Below are positions 38,194-46,725 of a DNA stretch of 64,000 nt, in pieces. Source of the stretch: a virus. Taxonomy: Duplodnaviria; Heunggongvirae; Uroviricota; Caudoviricetes. The position numbers and the translations under genes were made by a program. Within the stretch, counting starts at the first letter, position 1. Every line of letters starts with the position of its first letter. The notes below the pieces were generated by a model, which made no database searches, was not told the DNA's origin, and worked only from the letters and a program-made list of their open reading frames with translations. The DNA lies in IMG/VR virus record IMGVR_UViG_3300047557_002576. One strand, written 5' to 3'.

Positions 38194-38396
38194 TCGTTGT
38201 CCTCCTTAAATGTAATAGTGTAATCTTTTTTCTTAAATTTACAACGCTCAATGTATTTCTTGGCGTGTGCTTCAGTCTGAAAGTAGCAAGTTTTCTTGTC
38301 CTTAAGATCCTTACCATCTTTGTGGACAACCTTTACAGGAAATCCAGAATGGGGAAACTCTTCTTTCACAGGTTTAATCATCAAGTTCAACTCCAT
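38190..38396 (-). CDS. hypothetical protein
   Basis: 68 aa. Confidence 0.4.
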   Translation of the reverse strand: MELNLMIKPVKEEFPHSGFPVKVVHKDGKDLKDKKTCYFQTEAHAKKYIERCKFKKKDYTITFKEDNE

Positions 38397-38736
38397 CTAC
38401 AAGATCAGAAAGACGTTTCATATCTTCCAAAGTAACGGGAATGAGTTTCTCTTCACCTCTGTCTATTCTATCACACATTTCCATCAAGTCTTCAAGAAAG
38501 TGCTTAGGATAGGTCTCATCTTCACCCAACGTTGCCCAGAACCACTCATAACACTCTGTGTAGGGGTCTTCGTAGTCAAGTATAGCATAACCCTCATAGT
38601 TTCCAGTCATCAGATCACGCCAATTACGAAACGCCATACCAAAACTCTGCCATCCTGTCATCCAGCAATGACCAATCCAGTATTCCCACCAGTTTAGTTT
38701 GGTTTTGTTTTCTTTTTTAGATGTCATTTTAATCAT
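38374..38736 (-). CDS. Trp-rich small protein
   Basis: 120 aa, 11 W. Confidence 0.45.
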   Translation of the reverse strand: MIKMTSKKENKTKLNWWEYWIGHCWMTGWQSFGMAFRNWRDLMTGNYEGYAILDYEDPYTECYEWFWATLGEDETYPKHFLEDLMEMCDRIDRGEEKLIPVTLEDMKRLSDLVDGVELDD

Positions 38737-39061
38737 CCCAAGGTGCTTTACGATTTACAAGTCTCTTAATACTTTCCATTGTATCTTCGCTAGGAAGTGC
38801 TAATCTTTCCACAAGAGCATCAAAATCTCCTTCTTTCAAGAAAATACGTTCTGGTGGATAAGAACCTTTACCCCAGAATTCTTCAAACTTATAAACATAC
38901 TCCATATGTTCCCACCCGTGATTGAGAGAATGCCAGAATGAATACCAAATATGGTAATCATCAAAACGGAACTCCCGATGAGACATCAAACGATACCACC
39001 ACCAAAAGGGAGTATATTTTAGATACTTGTTGCTGATGATAAGTTTATGAAGAATTACCAT
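38729..39061 (-). CDS. Trp/Tyr/Phe-rich small protein
   Basis: 110 aa; FWWWYRLM, WYSFWHSLNHGWEHMEY. Confidence 0.45.
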   Translation of the reverse strand: MVILHKLIISNKYLKYTPFWWWYRLMSHREFRFDDYHIWYSFWHSLNHGWEHMEYVYKFEEFWGKGSYPPERIFLKEGDFDALVERLALPSEDTMESIKRLVNRKAPWDD

Positions 39062-39282
39062 CTTCCCAGTCTCAATTTGCGTTCTGGTGAAATATAAGGA
39101 TTATAGGGGTCATCATATGGAAAAATATATTCAGACATCCAACCCCAAGAAAGTGCCTCCCAGAAGTCATCAGGAAAGTGTTCTACGGTCTCATAACAAT
39201 CAAAAATATAATGAATGTTGCGGAAACCTTCAATAAACCACTGCCAGTTACTCATATTGTAATAGGTGTCTCTATCACTCAT
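39055..39282 (-). CDS. Trp-rich small protein
   Basis: 75 aa; NWQWFIEGF, WEALSWGWMSEY. Confidence 0.45.
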   Translation of the reverse strand: MSDRDTYYNMSNWQWFIEGFRNIHYIFDCYETVEHFPDDFWEALSWGWMSEYIFPYDDPYNPYISPERKLRLGRW

Positions 39283-39551
39283 AATGTCTCCAGTTCATCA
39301 GCAATTTCATAAAGTTCATCAGCATAAAATACCACATCTACCACACGAGCATCCTGATGATATTTTACTTCATTATTATGAGCAATCTGTCGCAGAGCAG
39401 TTGCAAGTGCTTCTTTTACATCCTCACCATTTTTTACACCATTATCAATCAGTTCCCCACAAAATGCTTTCCAGATTTCTTGTGCTCTTACTGAAGTCAT
39501 AGTTTTCATTTCGTATGTAGTCATTATACGATAAAAGTCACCATATTTCAA
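39279..39551 (-). CDS. hypothetical protein
   Basis: 90 aa. Confidence 0.45.
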   Translation of the reverse strand: MKYGDFYRIMTTYEMKTMTSVRAQEIWKAFCGELIDNGVKNGEDVKEALATALRQIAHNNEVKYHQDARVVDVVFYADELYEIADELETL

Positions 39552-39579
39552 GTTCCCTGTTCCAGTTCATCAAGTGTCC

Positions 39580-40239
39580 TTATAATATTCTGCGTCTTTT
39601 AGAAGTGTCTATTCCTCTTGCTTTTTGATATTTTGTTAGTGCTCCCGAAGTTGTAACATAACCTGTTTCGCAACATTCCCATCTTTGAGAATTAGTTTTT
39701 GATACTGTTTCTCTCCTTTGTTCTGGTGTAATACCATAAAATCCAATTTTATTTTTTCTATTAAATTCATCTGCTTTTTTAGCATTTTCTTTTAATTGTT
39801 CTTTTGTTAATACAGCAAGTCCTGTTCCATTTTTATAACATCTTTTTCCGTGTTCTTTTCTTTCTTCCTTGGTATATGCGTGAAATCCTAATTTGAGTTC
39901 TTTTGATTGGTTTCCAACTCTCTTACCATTTTTTCTTGTAGCATCTAAAGATATTTTAGCACCACAACTTGCGTTCAAACACCATTTATCAGTTTGATAG
40001 AATGGATTTATCAATCTATCTTCAACTAAATTTGCTTCTAACCAACCTTCATCTGTAAAGTCAAAAAGTTGAAGTATTTGCTTCTTTGGTGTATAAAATT
40101 CCCAGCACCATTTATGAGTTACGGGAGAACCCATATAATACTCACCATACCTCTTTTCTTTATGAACTCCATAATAGTAATATGGAACTTCTTCAAAGGT
40201 AATCTTGTATATGTAAATTCTTGGACTATTTTTAGTCAT
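39580..40239 (-). CDS. Seg-like GIY-YIG homing endonuclease, paralogue 1
   Basis: RIYIYKITFEEVPYYYYGVHKE; repeated LGxGxH.LTxEQRxExGKK units. Hairpin and TATAAATA upstream. Confidence 0.7.
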   Translation of the reverse strand: MTKNSPRIYIYKITFEEVPYYYYGVHKEKRYGEYYMGSPVTHKWCWEFYTPKKQILQLFDFTDEGWLEANLVEDRLINPFYQTDKWCLNASCGAKISLDATRKNGKRVGNQSKELKLGFHAYTKEERKEHGKRCYKNGTGLAVLTKEQLKENAKKADEFNRKNKIGFYGITPEQRRETVSKTNSQRWECCETGYVTTSGALTKYQKARGIDTSKRRRIL

Positions 40240-40264
40240 TTCTATTCTATTGAAACCGCATTAG

Positions 40265-40297
40265 TATTTATAATAGAAAAGGTGCCCGAAAGCACCT
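40265..40297 (-). promoter_or_regulatory. hairpin (GGTGCTTTCGGGCACC) plus TTTT plus TATAAATA late promoter
   Basis: Read directly. Confidence 0.55.
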
Positions 40298-40334
40298 AAT
40301 CTGTCCGTAGAGATTGCGGTTTCAACAGACATTA

Positions 40335-40553
40335 TTATTTATAAGGTTGTTGAGGATCTCTAGTCCACATTTTTTGATAAACTAACCATTTTTCTTGTGT
40401 ATTATTCATTTCTGCAGACCAATGATATCCCTCAGAATCCACTGCATCCAAATAATGAATACCTTTGCGTTCATCTATAACACGAGCGATGGTTACAAAT
40501 TTTACTCTTTCAGTCATCCTTCCACTCTTCGTATTGGGTGTTAATCTTACCAC
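40335..40553 (-). CDS. hypothetical protein
   Basis: 72 aa. Confidence 0.4.
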   Translation of the reverse strand: MVRLTPNTKSGRMTERVKFVTIARVIDERKGIHYLDAVDSEGYHWSAEMNNTQEKWLVYQKMWTRDPQQPYK

Positions 40554-40731
40554 AGTTTCGGAAGATATTCAAGTGCCCTGTGGTGCCATCCTCCATGTAG
40601 AATGCCATCCAAACGTGCTCACCCTCATCCATACACTCAAAATGAAATGATTTGATGTTGTCAAGTAGAAACTCATCAGGATTGATAAGTTCTTTGTGTT
40701 CTTTGAAGTAATCAGATTCTCTTTCATTCAT
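40510..40731 (-). CDS. hypothetical protein
   Basis: 73 aa. Confidence 0.4.
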   Translation of the reverse strand: MNERESDYFKEHKELINPDEFLLDNIKSFHFECMDEGEHVWMAFYMEDGTTGHLNIFRNCGKINTQYEEWKDD

Positions 40732-41270
40732 GGTTGATACTTATTCAAAAGATACTGAACATAATCATCAGGAGCATCCCCTAAGTCTTTACCTTCTGGA
40801 ACCACTTCCACATAATCACCGAACTTTGCAAGTTTTCTACCTGCAGCGTCGTTGTCACAAACAGCAACCACAGGACGGTTCAACATTTTCAACCAGTTCT
40901 TATAATCTTTTGGAGGATTATTTGCAAGAGTTGCGAGTGCAGATTGTCCTAGATTAGTCATTCTGGCAGCATCAAACACACCTTCGGTCAGATAGACTAC
41001 TCCATTTGACTGATAAAGGCTTTCTGTACCCCAGACAACTACTGTGGGTTGATTTTTGTTGCGGTAAGTGTAATACTTTCCCTCCAGTTTAGAGTTGAAG
41101 ATTTTCTTATCTCCATTTGGATTGTATTGTTGATACCCCACAAGTTTTCCTGAGAGGTTCCAGCAATAGAATGTTGCTATTCCGAGTTCCTCATCCAGAA
41201 CTGGTTGATGCAGTTCCAGATTGAGGTGTCGTTCTCTCAGGTGTTCTTTGAGGTTCATTTTAGTTCTCAA
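40728..41270 (-). CDS. Toprim-domain protein (DnaG-primase-like core)
   Basis: VYLTEGVFDAARM and VVAVCDNDAAGRKLA fit Toprim E...DxD. Confidence 0.5.
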   Translation of the reverse strand: MRTKMNLKEHLRERHLNLELHQPVLDEELGIATFYCWNLSGKLVGYQQYNPNGDKKIFNSKLEGKYYTYRNKNQPTVVVWGTESLYQSNGVVYLTEGVFDAARMTNLGQSALATLANNPPKDYKNWLKMLNRPVVAVCDNDAAGRKLAKFGDYVEVVPEGKDLGDAPDDYVQYLLNKYQP

Positions 41271-41487
41271 ATTTATCGGGGAATTGGCGACGGAGAATTT
41301 CTAATGCAGAGCGATAACCAATAAGTTCCATTCGCATAATAACTGGACCTCCTTCTGCTTCTTGTTCTGCAAGTTCTCGGAGAAGACAATCTCCAATAAC
41401 TCCAGCATTTTCAAGTTCTTCCCGTTGAATAACAAGTTCCCAGAGTTCGTTAGTTGCGTATTCTTTTGGATTGAAAATGTAAGACAT
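41260..41487 (-). CDS. hypothetical protein
   Basis: 75 aa. Confidence 0.4.
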   Translation of the reverse strand: MSYIFNPKEYATNELWELVIQREELENAGVIGDCLLRELAEQEAEGGPVIMRMELIGYRSALEILRRQFPDKFEN

Positions 41488-41489
41488 TT

Positions 41490-41789
41490 TCAGTTTTCCG
41501 TTAATTCAAGTTCTTCAATCATACTTTCGCTCCAAGTAATACCATCAAAATCTTCAGGGCATTCCATCCAATTTTGGGCATCTTCTTCGGTTTCAAAATC
41601 TTTATAACCAATGTTGGTTTCAACAATTTTTACGGTGTAAGTCATCAGGTGCCTTTGTGTTTGCGATACTATTATAGTGCATCCAGGAGGAAATCCCAGA
41701 TATCCTGTGACAGTTTGGAAAGTGTCCTTAACTATAATTAAAGTGATAATGTGTTTCCCAGATAAATCCTGGTTGGTCTCGTTTGTCAA
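41490..41789 (-). CDS. hypothetical protein
   Basis: 99 aa. Confidence 0.4.
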   Translation of the reverse strand: MTNETNQDLSGKHIITLIIVKDTFQTVTGYLGFPPGCTIIVSQTQRHLMTYTVKIVETNIGYKDFETEEDAQNWMECPEDFDGITWSESMIEELELTEN

Positions 41790-42219
41790 GCATTTTACTT
41801 ACATAATCTGGGATTAGTGCGGCATACCGAGTGCGGAACTCTTCTTCTGTTGGTTCTTCAATACCAGGATAGTAATGGTCACAACCGATAAACTCTTTGA
41901 ATCTTTCCATTTCACGGTCTTTATCATCAAATGATTGATAGTTACGACACGCTTTCAACCAATAAGATACACCTTCACCAGTGCCAAAGTATTCTACAGC
42001 AAAGAAACGATAGAATGGTCTTTCAGTTTTAGCAAGTTGTTCTAATGCTGGTTTATATTCTTCAATTCCTTTCTTTGCGACTTCCAGAGCATCTTGAACT
42101 TTCTTCAAGTCCTCATCAGAAATCTTAGCAAGAATGATGTTTTCTTCTTCTCGCTTTGCTGCTTCTTCAAACATATAATCAGGATAGTTTTCAGTCATAA
42201 GTTCCTTTATACCATTCAA
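41728..42219 (-). CDS. hypothetical protein
   Basis: 163 aa. Confidence 0.45.
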   Translation of the reverse strand: MNGIKELMTENYPDYMFEEAAKREEENIILAKISDEDLKKVQDALEVAKKGIEEYKPALEQLAKTERPFYRFFAVEYFGTGEGVSYWLKACRNYQSFDDKDREMERFKEFIGCDHYYPGIEEPTEEEFRTRYAALIPDYVSKMLDKRDQPGFIWETHYHFNYS

Positions 42220-42466
42220 GGTCTCTTGGGCGTGAGTCTAGTATATCACATTGAAACTCAAATCGTCCCCAACGAAATGAAAATGCACACAAACGATGAG
42301 AACCAATACTTACAGCAAGCATTGGAAAAATATCATCTACACCATAGTCGTCCCACTGAACGGTTAAATCAATCAAAGTAACTTTTGGAAATATGAAGAG
42401 TTGAAGAAACCACTCTCTTCCAAAATCTTCATAGGTTTCGTAATCAAAGAGTTTCATTGTTCCCAT
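42191..42466 (-). CDS. hypothetical protein
   Basis: 91 aa. Confidence 0.4.
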   Translation of the reverse strand: MGTMKLFDYETYEDFGREWFLQLFIFPKVTLIDLTVQWDDYGVDDIFPMLAVSIGSHRLCAFSFRWGRFEFQCDILDSRPRDLEWYKGTYD

Positions 42467-42657
42467 GCGTAAGATTTTAACAAATTGTTGTCTTTTTCCA
42501 GTTGTTCTACTTTACTTTGTAATTCAGAAATCATAATGTAAAGTTCTTCAAGATGAGAAGCAAGGTGGTAAATATTCACCTTATCAATCTCATAAACTCC
42601 ATTATCTTCTACAAGAGAATTAAAAATGCTTCTCCAATCGCCAGTTCGTTCAGTCAT
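42454..42657 (-). CDS. hypothetical protein
   Basis: 67 aa. Confidence 0.4.
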   Translation of the reverse strand: MTERTGDWRSIFNSLVEDNGVYEIDKVNIYHLASHLEELYIMISELQSKVEQLEKDNNLLKSYAWEQ

Positions 42658-42812
42658 TTGTATTCCAGAGCAATCAGTGTGCGTTTAATAATGATTTGTT
42701 CAAAACATTGTCCCAAATCCAATTCAACACCTTCATAGTAATCAATTCCATCAGGACCATCATATAGTTTCCAGGTGTATGTTTCACCATTATGAAGAAT
42801 TTCTACTTTCAT
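42654..42812 (-). CDS. small protein (52 aa)
   Basis: ATGA coupling. Confidence 0.3.
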   Translation of the reverse strand: MKVEILHNGETYTWKLYDGPDGIDYYEGVELDLGQCFEQIIIKRTLIALEYK

Positions 42813-42813
42813 T

Positions 42814-43032
42814 TTAGTTATACATCCACTCCTTCAAATCCACCACCCTATACCAATCACAAGACACATACTCATCATTATCGTTTTTCAACTTTTCCGC
42901 TACTTCCTTAGCATCTTCTTCGGTAGCATAACAACCAATCCAATCTTGGGTTCCACTGCCAGGATAATAATCGTATCCAGCAATCAGTAAGTAAGTTTTC
43001 ATCGCAGTTTGTCTCTCATAATCTTCAAACAT
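42814..43032 (-). CDS. hypothetical protein
   Basis: 72 aa. Confidence 0.4.
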   Translation of the reverse strand: MFEDYERQTAMKTYLLIAGYDYYPGSGTQDWIGCYATEEDAKEVAEKLKNDNDEYVSCDWYRVVDLKEWMYN

Positions 43033-43505
43033 TTATTCCATTGATAATCATTAGTATTAGAATGAGGTGGAATAAATTCTTTATCAATTTTACTTACCAA
43101 AACATCAATACAAATATCATTATCCATTTCATTTACAAACACATCATCCCACCATTCCATACAAATTTGGTAGAGTGTTTTTGGTTTGTTCTCTTCACCC
43201 CATTTTTTGATAAGGTCAAGAGTATTCTTAAAGTTCTTATCATTTTCTTCAACTTCTTGATACTCTCCTACCTTATAATCTTCCTGTGCGGACTTATAAC
43301 CATTCACAAAATCAATCCAAGTTGTATCACTCTCATTGGGATTTGAATAATACCCATAAACTCTTTTGAATGCTTTTTCACAAGGAGTTTTTGTTCGTTC
43401 CAACTCTTTATAAAACTCCAACTTACTTTGAAGCATTTTGATTTCTGCTTCAATACTTTCCACACTATCCAACTTTTTAATCTCCAATCCACCTTCAAAT
43501 TTCAT
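42999..43505 (-). CDS. hypothetical protein
   Basis: 168 aa. Confidence 0.45.
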   Translation of the reverse strand: MKFEGGLEIKKLDSVESIEAEIKMLQSKLEFYKELERTKTPCEKAFKRVYGYYSNPNESDTTWIDFVNGYKSAQEDYKVGEYQEVEENDKNFKNTLDLIKKWGEENKPKTLYQICMEWWDDVFVNEMDNDICIDVLVSKIDKEFIPPHSNTNDYQWNKCLKIMRDKLR

Positions 43506-43823
43506 TCAAAACACCTCAATAATTCGTTGAATTGCTTGATTATAACCAATAAAATACTCTGGAAGACCCATACCTTCATAAGGTTCAGGAATATGCTCCC
43601 TAATCAAATCCCTCACTCGGTCTGCCATTTCATCACACTCAACACTATCACCAAGTTTAGTTTTTAGCAACCCCCAGAGTTTATCATAAAAAGGTTGAGG
43701 TTCTTCAACCCTCTTGTATTTTACACCACCAATCTCAATAGTGTCTGGTGGTTGTTTGTCCTTGTTAAGAGGTCCATAAACTTGTTCCATAAGATTTTGA
43801 AAGTCCTTATCAATACCAAACAT
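43506..43823 (-). CDS. hypothetical protein
   Basis: 105 aa. Confidence 0.45.
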   Translation of the reverse strand: MFGIDKDFQNLMEQVYGPLNKDKQPPDTIEIGGVKYKRVEEPQPFYDKLWGLLKTKLGDSVECDEMADRVRDLIREHIPEPYEGMGLPEYFIGYNQAIQRIIEVF

Positions 43824-44068
43824 TAGAGTGCCTCCAATTCATTAGCAATATCTAAAATTGCCTCACGAATACTTTCATTTCTTGTTTCAAGTGCTTCATC
43901 CCATTCTCTATGCCCCGAAAAACAGGCATAATTTTCAGGGGCAACATTATCAGCAAGAACACGAAGAGAAGCAGCAAATCCCTCTCTAATTGTTCCTCCG
44001 TGAGAAAATACTTCATCAGCAGCATCTATGATTGCTTGTGCTTGGGTAGAAAGGTTAGTCATAATCAA
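43823..44068 (-). CDS. small protein, family QAQAIIDAADEVFSHGG (paralogue of 47353..47565)
   Basis: About 45 aa near-identical to the paralogue. Confidence 0.5.
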   Translation of the reverse strand: MIMTNLSTQAQAIIDAADEVFSHGGTIREGFAASLRVLADNVAPENYACFSGHREWDEALETRNESIREAILDIANELEAL

Positions 44069-44274
44069 GCATTCTCCAAACGAATGTATTTTTCAAACAT
44101 TCCTCTCATATCGTGAAAATATGATTGTGCCCTATCAAGAACAGCAGTATCATAATCTTCTTGGGTTGGTTCTTCTTCCATTTCCATATCCTTCCAAACT
44201 TCCAAGAAATCTTCAACAGACATATGATATTCCAGAGGAATGTATGCGACTTTGGGAGTGATTGAGTTAGTCAT
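44065..44274 (-). CDS. small acidic protein, family MTNSITPK (paralogue of 48035..48223)
   Basis: Shared N-terminus and EEEPTQEDYD. Confidence 0.5.
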   Translation of the reverse strand: MTNSITPKVAYIPLEYHMSVEDFLEVWKDMEMEEEPTQEDYDTAVLDRAQSYFHDMRGMFEKYIRLENA

Positions 44275-44654
44275 TTCAGTTCTCCATAAGAAAGTTCTTT
44301 GATTTCTTGTTTATTCAAAGTTTTACAATACCCAAAAGTATTATAATCTTCCCCAGCATCAAAGATAAAAACAGGAATATTTCGTTCTTTACAGATTTCT
44401 TTGAACTTATCTCCGTCAAGTTCAAACTTTCCAACATACTCTACATTTGGATACCTGTCCCAAGATACTACAAGTCCTTCTGGATAATAACTCCATTCAA
44501 ACTCATCAAGTTCTTTGATAATGGTTTCAACCTCTTTGATGTTTTCTGGATTGGTGTAAATTCTACCATATCCTTTGTATGTGAAAGCAGTCATTTCAGT
44601 TCTTTTTGAAGAGTTTGTAGATGGCATCAGCAATAGCAAGTGCTTGTTCTTCAT
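44271..44654 (-). CDS. hypothetical protein
   Basis: 127 aa. Confidence 0.45.
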   Translation of the reverse strand: MKNKHLLLLMPSTNSSKRTEMTAFTYKGYGRIYTNPENIKEVETIIKELDEFEWSYYPEGLVVSWDRYPNVEYVGKFELDGDKFKEICKERNIPVFIFDAGEDYNTFGYCKTLNKQEIKELSYGELK

Positions 44655-44817
44655 TCATACAAATGTGTTGCACTCGTTTATCACCTTTCTCAACATCATA
44701 TACCCAATAAGAAATGGTGCAACCATCACATCCCACATCAAGGTGAGTGTCTTCTACTGTATACCAAAAATCTTCGTATTGTTGAATACGAATTTGATGG
44801 GTGATTTCAACAGGCAT
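44596..44817 (-). CDS. hypothetical protein
   Basis: 73 aa; cassette upstream. Confidence 0.45.
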   Translation of the reverse strand: MPVEITHQIRIQQYEDFWYTVEDTHLDVGCDGCTISYWVYDVEKGDKRVQHICMNEEQALAIADAIYKLFKKN

Positions 44818-44830
44818 TTGGAGTTCCTTT

Positions 44831-44902
44831 GTGTATGAGAGTATTATAAGGCATCACAGGGGAATTTGGAGTGTCCCTGTGCCAGTTCTTCAAGTGTCCT
44901 TA
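44831..44902 (-). promoter_or_regulatory. PeSL-like cassette: AAGGACACTTGAAGAACTGGCACAG; hairpin CACAGGG-ACACTCCAAATTC-CCCTGTG; ATGCCTTATAATACTCTCATACACAAAGGA; 8 nt; ATG
   Basis: Archetype copy. Confidence 0.55.
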
Positions 44903-45229
44903 AAACTTCTCTTCAATTTCTTGTTTTGTTGCTACTTCCACATTAGGATAACTCACATCCTCATAACCACGCAAGTCAAAATTCAAAACCAGTTGTCCAA
45001 CAACATTATCACACAGATAATCAGCAAAAATGTTAGGGTCAAGTTCTCCCTCATCTGTAAGCATATCATCGTCCTTATGCTTTTCAGGGTCAAACCTAAT
45101 ATAAAAGGTCACTTTATAACCTTTTAGATTTTTTAGATTATCTTTGTGTTTTTGTTCTTCCTTATGTTTTTGGATTTGAAGTTGAAGTTCGTTGATTTGG
45201 TCTTCGGTCAGTTGAGAGAGGTCAATCAT
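44900..45229 (-). CDS. hypothetical protein
   Basis: 109 aa. Confidence 0.45.
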   Translation of the reverse strand: MIDLSQLTEDQINELQLQIQKHKEEQKHKDNLKNLKGYKVTFYIRFDPEKHKDDDMLTDEGELDPNIFADYLCDNVVGQLVLNFDLRGYEDVSYPNVEVATKQEIEEKF

Positions 45230-45240
45230 CGGTTTGGTTG

Positions 45241-45312
45241 CTTATGAGAGTATTATAGACCAATAGGAGACCTTGTTGGGTCTCCCTGTGCCAGTTCTTC
45301 AAGTGTCCTTAT
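45241..45312 (-). promoter_or_regulatory. PeSL-like cassette copy (hairpin GGAGACC-CAACAA-GGTCTCC)
   Basis: Box AAGGACACTTGAAGAACTGGCACAGGG is identical to the archetype; hairpin differs with compensatory changes. Confidence 0.55.
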
Positions 45313-45980
45313 AATATTCGTTTTCTTTTAGAAGTGTCTATACCTTTTGCCCTTTGATATTGAGTAAGATTTCCTGCGTTAGTTGTAAATCCAGTTTCAA
45401 GACATTCCCATCGTTGTGAAGCAACTTTTTTACCAGTTTCACTTCTTTGTTCTGTGGTAAGTGCGTGAATACCAAGTCCAAGTTCTTTTACTTTTTTACC
45501 AGCAATAGCACCTCCTCGTTTTCCATTTTCACTTAATTCTTCTTTTGATAAAGAATGTACTCCTACGCCAAGTTCTTTTGCTTTTTTACCATTTTTACTT
45601 TTTTGTTCTAAAGTAAGTGCGTAAATACCTGTCCCAAGTTCTTTACACTTATTCACACCAATACTTCCTGCTCTTATTTGATGCTCTATAGAAAATCTAC
45701 CACCACAATTTTCATTAAGACACCACTTATCATCATTATAAACAGGTCTTATTAATCTCTTTTCAACTTCTTGTGCTTCTATCCATCCATCATCTGTAAA
45801 AGGAAAGATTTCTAATATTTGTTTCTTTGGAGTATAAAGTTCCCAACACCACTTATGAGAATATGGAGAACCCATATAATACTCATTATACTTTTTCTCT
45901 TTATGAACTCCATAATAGTAATATGGAACTTCTTCAAAGGTAATCTTATATGTGTAAATTCTTGGACTTTGTGAAGTCAT
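45309..45980 (-). CDS. Seg-like GIY-YIG homing endonuclease, paralogue 2
   Basis: RIYTYKITFEEVPYYYYGVHKE. Confidence 0.7.
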   Translation of the reverse strand: MTSQSPRIYTYKITFEEVPYYYYGVHKEKKYNEYYMGSPYSHKWCWELYTPKKQILEIFPFTDDGWIEAQEVEKRLIRPVYNDDKWCLNENCGGRFSIEHQIRAGSIGVNKCKELGTGIYALTLEQKSKNGKKAKELGVGVHSLSKEELSENGKRGGAIAGKKVKELGLGIHALTTEQRSETGKKVASQRWECLETGFTTNAGNLTQYQRAKGIDTSKRKRIL

Positions 45981-46005
45981 TTCTATTCTATATGAACCGC
46001 AATAC

Positions 46006-46040
46006 TATTTATAATAGAAAAGGTGCCCCGAAGAGCACCT
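46006..46040 (-). promoter_or_regulatory. hairpin plus TATAAATA late promoter module
   Basis: GGTGCTCTTCGGGGCACC, TTTTCTATTATAAATA. Confidence 0.55.
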
Positions 46041-46080
46041 AATCTTTGTCTGTAGAGAATTGCGGTTCTTATAGACGATA

Positions 46081-46311
46081 CTATTTATGAGGTTTTTTTG
46101 GTTCAAAATAACGACCTTCTTTCCCACACATACCATAAGGTCGTCTCATATTCTCACAAAAACGACCACCTTTTCTTTTACCTGTTACAAGATTTTCACT
46201 CAATACTGGATTGAGACAAGTATCATATTGGTCTCCACTACCAGTAAGGTGTTCAAACCAAGATTTACGATACCACTTACAATCCTTACAGAGTTTCGGT
46301 TCGTCAGTCAT
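46081..46311 (-). CDS. Cys-rich small protein (family KLCKDCKWY; paralogue of 47111..47356)
   Basis: Shared N-terminal Cys motif. Confidence 0.5.
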   Translation of the reverse strand: MTDEPKLCKDCKWYRKSWFEHLTGSGDQYDTCLNPVLSENLVTGKRKGGRFCENMRRPYGMCGKEGRYFEPKKPHK

Positions 46312-46522
46312 AATACTTATTCAAAATGCGGTTGATTGCTGTCCAATTTGCTTCTGGATTAGGAACATCTTTGATTAGTGTGAGAACTTCATCAATCGTT
46401 TGCTTACGAATTTCTTGGGCAAACTTCAAGAGTTGATCCTCACGGCACTTATACAGATTTTCATCCCAACGCTTCTTAACTCCGCAGATTTCAGCAAGTT
46501 CACGGATTTCTTCGTCAGTCAT
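46304..46522 (-). CDS. hypothetical protein
   Basis: 72 aa. Confidence 0.4.
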   Translation of the reverse strand: MTDEEIRELAEICGVKKRWDENLYKCREDQLLKFAQEIRKQTIDEVLTLIKDVPNPEANWTAINRILNKYYD

Positions 46523-46725
46523 CCATTTCCTCCAGTTGCTTCATAGCATCCATCATCATAACCTGATTCATAACCATCATATTTACCTTTCCGATACATT
46601 TCTTGGGCAAACTTCACAAAAGCATCAGGTTTCCCAGAAAACTCAGTCCATCCATGCCCATCTTCTTCACACCATTCTTCGGTGAAGCATTTTTTTACCA
46701 TTTGAAGGATTTGGTCGTCAGTCAT
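46519..46725 (-). CDS. hypothetical protein
   Basis: 68 aa. Confidence 0.4.
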   Translation of the reverse strand: MTDDQILQMVKKCFTEEWCEEDGHGWTEFSGKPDAFVKFAQEMYRKGKYDGYESGYDDGCYEATGGNG

